25,384 nt of DNA from Opitutales bacterium. GTDB taxonomy: Bacteria; Verrucomicrobiota; Verrucomicrobiia; Opitutales; UBA9783. Shown in pieces: positions 8,039 through 16,609 of the stretch (position 1 is the first letter of the stretch; every line of letters starts with the position of its first letter). The notes beneath the pieces were generated by a model. It made no database searches and was not told the origin of the DNA. It was given only the letters and a program-made list of their open reading frames with translations. Made by a program: the position numbers and the translations under genes. The DNA is taken from positions 1 to 25,384 of the forward strand of contig JBKSMP010000027.1 in assembly GCA_046881885.1 (NCBI GenBank), given 5' to 3'.

Positions 8039-8815
8039 TTAAAATCTGGGATTTCTTGAAAAAAAGCAAAAATTACATAAAGTTTCTGCATGGACTCCCT
8101 GAAAACCTGGCTGTATAAGGCGTGTTCCGACAAATAATCCACGTCTGCAACCAGCTACGTAAGGTGTTTGAGTTGAAGAATCGTACAATGGATACCCAGC
8201 ACGTTTTCTAGCATTGGTGTAAAAAATGCCTGTCGTTTCATCTTGAGAAAAAAACTGAGGCCAATCGTTGGAGGTTGTATTGTTATTGGTACCCTCGCCT
8301 GATTCAGCAGTTTCGGTTGTTAATTTTGGCAAATACCCAACAGTTAAATTGGTAAGAGTATCTTTTGTTTCGTTAATGGGCTTACCGGTACCTACATTAG
8401 ACGAAAATGTTACTAAAGCTCTGTATAAGGGATAACAGTCTTGACCATTTAGTGATATTGCTTCACCAACATGATAAATAACACCGCGACCGCCTTCTAC
8501 CATACCACGTTCTTGTACAAAAAGGATGCAATTGCCTATGCAGGGTGCTGTTGGTAGGGTAAAATTACCGTTTTCCGGTGAAATTATTTCTTCTAGATTA
8601 TTAAATACATAAAAACTTAAAGCATTGTGAACATCTTTTTCTAAAAATTTTGATAAAATACGCAAACTTTCGTTTATTTTATTACTGCTACTAATATAGC
8701 GGTACTGATTTAATTGCGTCAGAAAAAATTGAATAATACAGGTTAAGGTAATACAAGCTAAAAAACTTGCCATTAACACTTCTACTAAAGTAAATCCGCT
8801 TTGTCGTTTTTTCAC
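8039..8815 (-). CDS. prepilin-type N-terminal cleavage/methylation domain protein (large pseudopilin/pilin-like, 258 aa)
   Basis: GTG start. The N-terminus MKKRQSG/FTLVEVLMASFLACITL matches the class III signal (G-FTLxE plus hydrophobic helix). It lies 51 bp upstream of the platform gene. Confidence 0.75.
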   Translation of the reverse strand: MKKRQSGFTLVEVLMASFLACITLTCIIQFFLTQLNQYRYISSSNKINESLRILSKFLEKDVHNALSFYVFNNLEEIISPENGNFTLPTAPCIGNCILFVQERGMVEGGRGVIYHVGEAISLNGQDCYPLYRALVTFSSNVGTGKPINETKDTLTNLTVGYLPKLTTETAESGEGTNNNTTSNDWPQFFSQDETTGIFYTNARKRAGYPLYDSSTQTPYVAGCRRGLFVGTRLIQPGFQGVHAETLCNFCFFSRNPRF

Positions 8816-8864
8816 ATAATTTATTCTACATTTTATACTTTTTTTTGCAATATTTAAAATGCTT

Positions 8865-8926
8865 TTGGCTCAAATTTGGTACAACTTGGCACAAATGTGT
8901 CATAAGTGTGTCGTTTTGGCACAAAA
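8865..8926 (+). promoter_or_regulatory. phased array of TTGG(C/T)(A/T)C-A-rich motifs; possible upstream activator/enhancer sites
   Basis: TTGGCTCAAAT at 8865, TTGGTACAAC at 8876, TTGGCACAAA at 8886 and TTGGCACAAAA at 8916, all in the same orientation. Offsets are 11, 10 and 30 bp. A fifth copy at 8998 is the -24 element of the sigma-54-type promoter, 82 bp further on. Confidence 0.4.
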
Positions 8927-8998
8927 AATGACAGTAATAAACTATCTGAAAGAAAGGTTTTTGTTTAAAGTCCGCATAAATACTAGGATTTGAAAAGT

Positions 8999-9013
8999 TG
9001 GCACGATTTTTGC
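8999..9013 (+). promoter_or_regulatory. sigma-54-type -24/-12 promoter, exact consensus, upstream of dnaK
   Basis: TGGCAC (8999-9004), GATTT, TTGC (9010-9013), an exact match to TGGCAC-N5-TTGC and to the extended form TGGCACG-N4-TTGC. It lies 17 nt from the -12 C to the dnaK ATG, so the predicted TSS is about 9025. Confidence 0.55.
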
Positions 9014-9029
9014 GAAATAAGAAGGTATT

Positions 9030-10982
9030 ATGAATAAAGTTACAGGAAAAGTTTTAGGTATTGACCTTGGAACAACAAATTCGTGTATGTCCATTATGGA
9101 AGGTAACGAACCAGTTGTTATTCCAAATGCAGAAGGAGCTCGTACGACACCTTCGATTGTTGCATTTACCAAGACCGGCGAACGTTTGGTTGGGCAGGCT
9201 GCAAAACGTCAGGCAATCACCAATCCAAAAAATACTATTTTTTCGGCAAAGCGCTTAATTGGTCGCAAATATAATGAAGTTAAGTCCAGTCTACAAGGCT
9301 TACCTTATAAGGTTGTAGAAGGTAAAAACGGTGATGCTTGGATCGAGTGTGAAGTAGGGGATAAAACCGAACGTTTTGCTCCAGAACAAATTTCGGCTAT
9401 GGTTTTGGCGAAATTAAAGGCGGATGCAGAGGCTTACTTAGGCGAACCGATTAAACAAGCTGTTATTACCGTTCCTGCCTATTTTAATGATTCGCAACGT
9501 CAAGCGACCAAGGACGCCGGAGCGATTGCAGGTTTAGAAGTTTTGCGTATTATCAATGAGCCTACAGCTGCTTCGCTTGCTTACGGTTTGGATAAGAAAA
9601 AAGATGAAACGATTGCCGTATTCGATGTTGGAGGAGGAACATTTGATATTTCCGTTTTGGAAATTGGTGATGGTGTTTTTGAAGTAAAAGCGACCAACGG
9701 TGACACTGTATTGGGTGGTGACGACTGGGATGATGCCATTATTACTTGGTTGGCAGATTCCTTCCAGCAAGAAAATGGAATTGATTTGCGTCAAGATCCA
9801 ATGGCACGTCAACGCTTAAAAGAAGAAGCGGAAAAGGCCAAGATCGCGTTGTCGTCTGCACAAGAAACGGATATCAACTTACCCTTTATTACAGCAGATG
9901 CTAGTGGTCCTAAGCACTTAAATGTGCACTTAACACGTTCGAAGTTGGAACAAATCTGTGATCCTTTGTATGAACGGTTAAAGACACCATTTTTTGCCTG
10001 CTTAAAGGATGCGGGAATTGATGATAAAAGCATCAATGAGCTTGTTTTGGTTGGTGGTATGACTCGTTCTCCTAAAGTCGTTGAATTAGCTAATGCTTTA
10101 GTTGGAAAACAAGCACACAAAGGTGTTAACCCGGATGAAGTGGTTGCCATTGGTGCAGCTATTCAAGGTGGTGTTTTAAAGGGTGATGTAAACGATATCT
10201 TGCTCTTAGACGTAACACCATTAACATTGGGTATTGAAACAGCAGGGGGTATTTCGACCCCAATGATCGATCGTAACACAACCATTCCGACCAAGAAAAC
10301 ACAGACTTTCTCAACGTATGCGGATAATCAAACTGCAGTCGATATTCACGTGCTTCAAGGTGAACGTTCGTTAGCTAAAGACAATAAGACTTTGGGCGTG
10401 TTCCGTTTAGAGGGTATTCCTATCGCACATCGTGGTGAACCAAAAATCGAAGTTACCTTTGATATCGATGCTAGTGGTATCTTGCATGTAACCGCTAAAG
10501 ATGTTGCAACTGGTAAAGACAAGAAGATTACTATTACAGGTTCGTCTGGGTTCTCGGATGAAGAAGTAGAACGTTTGCGTAAAGAAGCCGAACAATTCGC
10601 TGAGCAGGACAAGAAAGAACGCGATCGAATTGAAACCTTCAATCGTTTGGATACTCTTGTTTATCAAGCAGAGAAGCAAATCAAAGAGTTTGGAGACAAG
10701 TTGCCAGCCGACAAGAAGGAGTCTTTAGAAGCTAAAATTGCCGATATTAAAAAGGTTTTAGAGAATAAAGACGCCGATGGTGAATTGCTCAAGAACAAGG
10801 AAACGGAATTGATGGATTTGTTGCAAGCGATTGGAAGTGCTATGTATGCAAATGCTTCGGCAGAGAATGGTCAACCCAATCCACAAGCTGAACCACAAGC
10901 CAATGCAGGTTCTGCGAAAAAAGAAGATGGAAATGTCGTTGACGCCGATTTCGAAGTTGTTGATGATGGAAAAAAGGAATAA
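9030..10982 (+). CDS. dnaK: molecular chaperone DnaK (Hsp70)
   Basis: 650 aa. Contains [17 protein letters not shown]-type ([13 protein letters not shown]) and VLVGGMTR motifs. Full-length Hsp70 with an acidic C-terminus. Confidence 0.97.
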   Translation: MNKVTGKVLGIDLGTTNSCMSIMEGNEPVVIPNAEGARTTPSIVAFTKTGERLVGQAAKRQAITNPKNTIFSAKRLIGRKYNEVKSSLQGLPYKVVEGKNGDAWIECEVGDKTERFAPEQISAMVLAKLKADAEAYLGEPIKQAVITVPAYFNDSQRQATKDAGAIAGLEVLRIINEPTAASLAYGLDKKKDETIAVFDVGGGTFDISVLEIGDGVFEVKATNGDTVLGGDDWDDAIITWLADSFQQENGIDLRQDPMARQRLKEEAEKAKIALSSAQETDINLPFITADASGPKHLNVHLTRSKLEQICDPLYERLKTPFFACLKDAGIDDKSINELVLVGGMTRSPKVVELANALVGKQAHKGVNPDEVVAIGAAIQGGVLKGDVNDILLLDVTPLTLGIETAGGISTPMIDRNTTIPTKKTQTFSTYADNQTAVDIHVLQGERSLAKDNKTLGVFRLEGIPIAHRGEPKIEVTFDIDASGILHVTAKDVATGKDKKITITGSSGFSDEEVERLRKEAEQFAEQDKKERDRIETFNRLDTLVYQAEKQIKEFGDKLPADKKESLEAKIADIKKVLENKDADGELLKNKETELMDLLQAIGSAMYANASAENGQPNPQAEPQANAGSAKKEDGNVVDADFEVVDDGKKE

Positions 10983-11010
10983 AGTTTTAATCTTAAGTTA
11001 GGAAAAAATT

Positions 11011-11307
11011 ATGTCAGTAAAAATACAACCTATTGGAGACCGTGTTTTAGTAAAAATGGTTGAAGATGCGGAACAAATTAAAGGTGGAATTATCATTCCG
11101 GATTCTGCTAAGGAAAAGCCTCAGGAAGCTGAAGTGATTGCTTTAGGTACCGGAAAGACCGATAAGGAAGGTCGTACGATTGCTTTCCAAGTTAAAGCTG
11201 GAGACCGCGTTTTAATTAGCAAATACGGTGGAACTGAGGTCAAATTTGGAGACGAAAAGTATACTTTGTTGCGCGAAGACGACATTTTGGGAATTATTAA
11301 TAAATAA
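11011..11307 (+). CDS. groES: co-chaperonin GroES
   Basis: 98 aa. [11 protein letters not shown] and [18 protein letters not shown] (mobile loop) are typical of Hsp10. It starts 28 nt after the dnaK stop. Confidence 0.96.
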   Translation: MSVKIQPIGDRVLVKMVEDAEQIKGGIIIPDSAKEKPQEAEVIALGTGKTDKEGRTIAFQVKAGDRVLISKYGGTEVKFGDEKYTLLREDDILGIINK

Positions 11308-12954
<1,647 letters not shown>

Positions 12955-12978
12955 TTCACACGCCATTCATAAAAAACT

Positions 12979-13017
12979 AAAGAGGGCTTTAGCTAAATGT
13001 AGCTACTGTCCTCTTTT
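12979..13017 (+). terminator. rho-independent terminator after groEL
   Basis: AAAGAGGGCTTTAGCTA-AATG-TAGCTACTGTCCTCTTT forms a long hairpin. It has a perfect TAGCTA/TAGCTA apical stem, a 2x2 internal mismatch and a GAGGGC/GTCCTC base. It runs into TTTT. Confidence 0.6.
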
Positions 13018-13087
13018 CATTTGATAGAAAATGTGTAGTTTTCTAATGGGATTTAACGGTAGATCTTCTGGAAAAACTAATTTAAGC

Positions 13088-13117
13088 TTGACAAAACCAC
13101 AAATATTTACCGAGAAT
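13088..13117 (+). promoter_or_regulatory. sigma-70-type promoter candidate with leaderless geometry for the 179-aa orphan
   Basis: TTGACA (13088-13093), 18-nt spacer, GAGAAT (13112-13117), 6 nt, then ATG at 13124. Confidence 0.3.
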
Positions 13118-13123
13118 AGGGCT

Positions 13124-13663
13124 ATGAAAAAAGAAATCGTAAAAGGGTTAAGTATTTTTGGGTTAAGTTTAATCATGAATTTAGGATTAGCATTTGGTGG
13201 CGGCAGTGAAAAATATAGTCTTTATCAATTGGATCAGCTTTACGCGTATTGCCAAGGAAATGAAGGAGATTGGCCAAGGGTTTTGGAAAACACAAAAGAA
13301 GCCGTTTTAGCAATGCTAGCCGACGAAGATTACAAACCAAGCAATACGGATTTGATGGCAGTAAACTCTTTCTGTTGTGGTTGCAACTATTATCTTATCA
13401 GTTGGTTTATGAAATCTAAATTTTATAACGAAGCCAAACATGCTGAATGCTTAAAAAATTTATTTAGATTATCTCACAAGATGGCGTGTATGTCTGACAT
13501 GGAACCAGAAGAGACTGTAAAAATGGAACAATACAAAGTCTTAATGGAGCAGCAATTTAAGAACGATAAAAATCTTTTAAATATCATAACCGCTACTCCA
13601 TTTTCAGAGCTAGCAAAGCTAGCTGCAGGTATTATTCAAAGTAATATTGACTGGGGTGAATAG
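13124..13663 (+). CDS. hypothetical secreted protein (179 aa from ATG 13124; the track ORF extends to 13031)
   Basis: The internal Met gives MKKEIVKGLSIFGLSLIMNLGLAFGG, a plausible signal peptide. The 31 codons upstream run into the groEL terminator region and look non-coding. No recognisable family. Confidence 0.55.
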   Translation: MKKEIVKGLSIFGLSLIMNLGLAFGGGSEKYSLYQLDQLYAYCQGNEGDWPRVLENTKEAVLAMLADEDYKPSNTDLMAVNSFCCGCNYYLISWFMKSKFYNEAKHAECLKNLFRLSHKMACMSDMEPEETVKMEQYKVLMEQQFKNDKNLLNIITATPFSELAKLAAGIIQSNIDWGE

Positions 13664-14939
13664 AATTGACTCCTGCAAGCTCTTTTACAATTTCTTTAAT
13701 ACCTTCAGTAATTGTTAGCTCGAGCGTCCAGTGCTCTGAATAAGGCTTGTAATAGTCTTTGGTGAAATCCTTTTTAAAAGTATAGATATCTAAGCACTTT
13801 TGGCGCTTCTGAAACCAAAAATTACAATGCCCCGTCCCATTGCACTGTCCAGCCTTACAAAACCTGCAATTCTCTCTTGGGTCCCTGCAACAAAAGGAAC
13901 AATAATGCCAATATACATTCTGAGTGATTTTATTTTTACCAATCTTATATAAACTCAACAAATTAAAACACACTGACGATCTTTTAGACGCGTCTATAGC
14001 TTTTTGCAATTCTTCTGCAGCAGTTTGTGAATGGAAATTAGCTAAAACAGCTTTTCCGTATTTTAGTACCTGAGCATCTAAAACCTTAAACATGAAGAAG
14101 TTTTTATTCATAGTTAACCAAGGAACTAATTTACACGAATTACAAGCTTCAAAAAAGGAATATACTGGACTACTCAATTGCATGTCTAAAGCAAAACTTG
14201 CCGGCAATAGGAGCCGTAAAATTTTTGCATATTTTATGACATCATCAAGTTCCCCTTCTTTTTCTATAAGATCTTTTTTTTCTAATTTATAAGTTTTTAG
14301 CACCGAATGAAAAGAATTCAAGATCGTATGAATTTGAAATTCGGTATGGCGTAATTGATCTAAGTTTTGAATATTTTTTGGGCAATCATTTAACACGGCC
14401 TTTTTCGCATTCTCTAAAGAAGCGATTGGTGTTTTTAGCCTATCGGCTTGATGGTCTATAAATTGCTTTTGCCAGTCTTCGCTTGTTGCCTCAGTAGCTA
14501 AATTGATATAGTTTTTTATTTCATTTTCGGAGGGTGTTAAAATAATGCTTGCTTCACTAAATTCTTTTTCAACACTTAACTTTTTTTCTATGGGATTATA
14601 TTTCTCAAAAATGTTCGGACTAAAATCAATTTTGCCGCTCTCATCTATTGATCCAACCAAAGCAACAATATCCTCTAGAGGAACGACGATAACATCAGGA
14701 CTTTTTTCAATCTCTGGATTCTGTTTAGAAAAATAATCACCGCTCTTTAGGACAATCGTCTGGCCGACACAATTTTTATAAGCAAGAACATTACCAGATT
14801 TTTTATAATGACTTTCAGACGGATTTGCATAAGACTCAATAATAGCTTTAGGTTCAGTCGCGAAACTAAAATTAAAACCCGTTACCACCAGCAAAGAAGC
14901 TTGGATAAGTTTATGAGTAATCGTTTTTATAATCTTCAT
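13632..14939 (-). CDS. hypothetical secreted protein (435 aa) with a C-terminal Cys-rich module
   Basis: ATG at 14939 gives MKIIKTITHKLIQASLLVVTGFNFSFA, signal-like. The track's TTG start at 14996 coincides with the sigma-54 -24 element and is rejected. There are 9 Cys within 36 residues (CSFCCRDPRENCRFCKAGQCNGTGHCNFWFQKRQKC, plus 13794-13901). Confidence 0.6.
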   Translation of the reverse strand: MKIIKTITHKLIQASLLVVTGFNFSFATEPKAIIESYANPSESHYKKSGNVLAYKNCVGQTIVLKSGDYFSKQNPEIEKSPDVIVVPLEDIVALVGSIDESGKIDFSPNIFEKYNPIEKKLSVEKEFSEASIILTPSENEIKNYINLATEATSEDWQKQFIDHQADRLKTPIASLENAKKAVLNDCPKNIQNLDQLRHTEFQIHTILNSFHSVLKTYKLEKKDLIEKEGELDDVIKYAKILRLLLPASFALDMQLSSPVYSFFEACNSCKLVPWLTMNKNFFMFKVLDAQVLKYGKAVLANFHSQTAAEELQKAIDASKRSSVCFNLLSLYKIGKNKITQNVYWHYCSFCCRDPRENCRFCKAGQCNGTGHCNFWFQKRQKCLDIYTFKKDFTKDYYKPYSEHWTLELTITEGIKEIVKELAGVNSIHPSQYYFE

Positions 14940-14980
14940 CGTTTTTAAAATTTTGTTATCGTTTGATAAAAGAAAAGGAA

Positions 14981-14995
14981 GCAAAGATTGTGCCA
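14981..14995 (-). promoter_or_regulatory. sigma-54-type -24/-12 promoter, exact consensus, upstream of the Cys-rich secreted orphan
   Basis: The minus strand reads aatttT-TGGCAC-AATCT-TTGC-T (plus gcaaagattgtgcca). It is an exact TGGCAC-N5-TTGC match and is near-identical to the dnaK copy. The predicted TSS is about 14969, giving a roughly 30-nt leader to the ATG at 14939. Confidence 0.55.
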
Positions 14996-15057
14996 AAATT
15001 TTTGCAGCTCAATTCTATGAATTTAATTACAAAATTAGAAACTCCACGAATTCGCTC

Positions 15058-15085
15058 TTGACGCAAAATAGGGCTTTGGTAATCT
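15058..15085 (+). promoter_or_regulatory. sigma-70-type promoter candidate for prfB
   Basis: TTGACG (15058-15063), 16-nt spacer ending in TGG, TAATCT (15080-15085), then 13 nt to the ATG at 15099. No Shine-Dalgarno is visible. Confidence 0.35.
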
Positions 15086-15098
15086 TTTTTATAATTGC

Positions 15099-16235
15099 AT
15101 GATAGTTGACGTAGAGAAAAAAGAAGCGATAGAAGCCTTAAATGAGCGCTGGGAAAAGGTTTTAAAGTTTTTGGATGTGGATGGCAAAGAAGCTCGTCTA
15201 AAACTTATACGTGAGCAATTATCAGATGATAGTTTTTGGCAATCTGGCCAATTGGATCAAGCGCAAGTCCTTCAACGCGAGGCTAAAGAAATCGAACGGG
15301 CATTAGGGGTTATTCATGAAGGCAAAAAGGTATTGCAAGATCTTTACGATACTTTAGAATTTTGTAAAGAAAGCGATTTATCGGCTGAAGAAGAAGCGGC
15401 TTGGAGTAGTGAACTCGACGCGTCTATTGAAACCGCTAAAAAGCTTGTAGATACCACGGAACTGCAAACTTTTCTGTCAGGACCAATGGATGCCAATAAT
15501 GCAATTGTAACGATTCATGCAGGAGCAGGTGGTACCGAAGCCTGTGATTGGTCGCAAATGGTTTTTCGGATGTATCTTCGCTGGGCAGAGCAACATGAAT
15601 TTAAAACAGAAATTCAAGCATTTCAGGATGGTGAAGAAGCGGGATTGAGTCGTGTTACCTTTCGTGTAGAAGGGGCCAATGCTTATGGGTATTTAAAGGC
15701 TGAGCGAGGGGTTCACCGTCTAGTAAGAATAAGTCCATTTGATGCCAACAAGAAGCGTCATACTTCGTTTTGTGCGGTGGATGTGGTGGCAGAATTAAGT
15801 GACGACATCGAAGTTCCTGTTGAGGATAAGGACTTGCGTATTGATACCTATCGTGCGAGTGGAAAAGGTGGTCAGCACGTTAATAAGACCGAATCCGCTG
15901 TTCGCATTACCCATATCCCAACCGGTATTGTTGTTACTTGTCAGAATGAACGTTCTCAGATCAAAAACCGTTTAACGGCTATGAAGGTTCTGAAGGCACG
16001 GCTTTTTGAACGTATGCAAGATGAAAAACGTTCTGCTTTGGAGCGTTTTTATGGAGAAAAAGGTGAAATTGGTTGGGGCTATCAAATTCGAAGTTACGTT
16101 TTCCAACCTTATCAAATGGTCAAGGATTTGCGTACCAATGTTGAAGTGGGCAATGTTCAAGCCGTTATGGATGGCGATCTCGACTTATTTATTGAATCCT
16201 GGCTACGCGCCGGACAACCTAGAACTCGCGCTTAA
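15099..16235 (+). CDS. prfB: peptide chain release factor 2, single uninterrupted ORF (no programmed frameshift)
   Basis: 378 aa. The SPF tripeptide (RISPFDANKKRHTSF) and GGQ motif (SGKGGQHVNKTESAVRITH) are present. The N-terminus aligns residue for residue with E. coli RF2 through Leu25, and codon 26 is GAT (Asp, 15174-15176) where E. coli has the in-frame UGA. Confidence 0.93.
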   Translation: MIVDVEKKEAIEALNERWEKVLKFLDVDGKEARLKLIREQLSDDSFWQSGQLDQAQVLQREAKEIERALGVIHEGKKVLQDLYDTLEFCKESDLSAEEEAAWSSELDASIETAKKLVDTTELQTFLSGPMDANNAIVTIHAGAGGTEACDWSQMVFRMYLRWAEQHEFKTEIQAFQDGEEAGLSRVTFRVEGANAYGYLKAERGVHRLVRISPFDANKKRHTSFCAVDVVAELSDDIEVPVEDKDLRIDTYRASGKGGQHVNKTESAVRITHIPTGIVVTCQNERSQIKNRLTAMKVLKARLFERMQDEKRSALERFYGEKGEIGWGYQIRSYVFQPYQMVKDLRTNVEVGNVQAVMDGDLDLFIESWLRAGQPRTRA

Positions 16236-16609
16236 TGGTGTATATTGGTAACGATATCATTGAAATCGAACGTATTCGACATTTCGTTCTTCGTCATAAA
16301 GAAGGATGTCTTGGCCGCGTTTTTACCGAAAAAGAATGGCATTATTGCTGGAATAAGCTTAATCCATTCCCTTCTTTAGCCACTCGTTTTGCCGCAAAAG
16401 AAGCCGTTGCTAAGGCTTTTGGTACGGGTATCGGGCAAGCCCTGAAATGGACTTCTGTTGAAATTTTAGTGGATTCTTTAGGCTGTCCTTTTGTTCAACT
16501 CGATACACTCGGACAAAAACTTATGCACGAACGTTCCATAAAATCTATAAGTATCTCTCTATCTCATTGCAGAACTTACGCCTTAGCAACAGCTTGCTTA
16601 AGTAAATAA
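16235..16609 (+). CDS. acpS: holo-ACP synthase (4'-phosphopantetheinyl transferase AcpS)
   Basis: 124 aa. GNDIIEIERI at the N-terminus, FAAKEAVAKA in the centre and SLSHCRTYA near the C-terminus. A 1-nt TAATG overlap links it to prfB. Confidence 0.88.
   Translation: MVYIGNDIIEIERIRHFVLRHKEGCLGRVFTEKEWHYCWNKLNPFPSLATRFAAKEAVAKAFGTGIGQALKWTSVEILVDSLGCPFVQLDTLGQKLMHERSIKSISISLSHCRTYALATACLSK

Noticed and set aside
8886-8926. Possible CIRCE/HrcA operator, because TTGGCAC resembles the CIRCE half-site TTAGCAC.
   Set aside because: All copies are in direct orientation. There is no inverted partner (GTGCCAA or GAGTGCTAA) at 9-nt spacing, so it is not a CIRCE element.
13031-13123. A 31-codon N-terminal extension of the 13124 gene.
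   Set aside because: It begins 14 nt after the groEL terminator and contains the TTGACA/GAGAAT promoter-like elements. It also precedes a Met that starts a much better signal peptide.
13794-13901. DnaJ-type zinc finger (CxxCxGxG) in the Cys cluster.
   Set aside because: The closest segment is CKAGQCNGTG, which has C-x4-C-x-G-x-G spacing rather than CxxCxGxG and occurs only once. The protein is also predicted to be exported.
14940-14996. A 19-codon N-terminal extension of the Cys-rich orphan from the TTG at 14996 (MAQSLLPFLLSNDNKILKT).
   Set aside because: The TTG GCA CAA TCT TTG C codons are exactly the sigma-54 -24/-12 consensus. The downstream ATG at 14939 opens directly into a signal-peptide-like segment.
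15165-15185. Expected prfB +1 frameshift site (CUU UGA C with an upstream SD-like element).
   Set aside because: The sequence reads AAG TTT TTG GAT GTG GAT in one frame with no UGA, so the gene is a continuous ORF.
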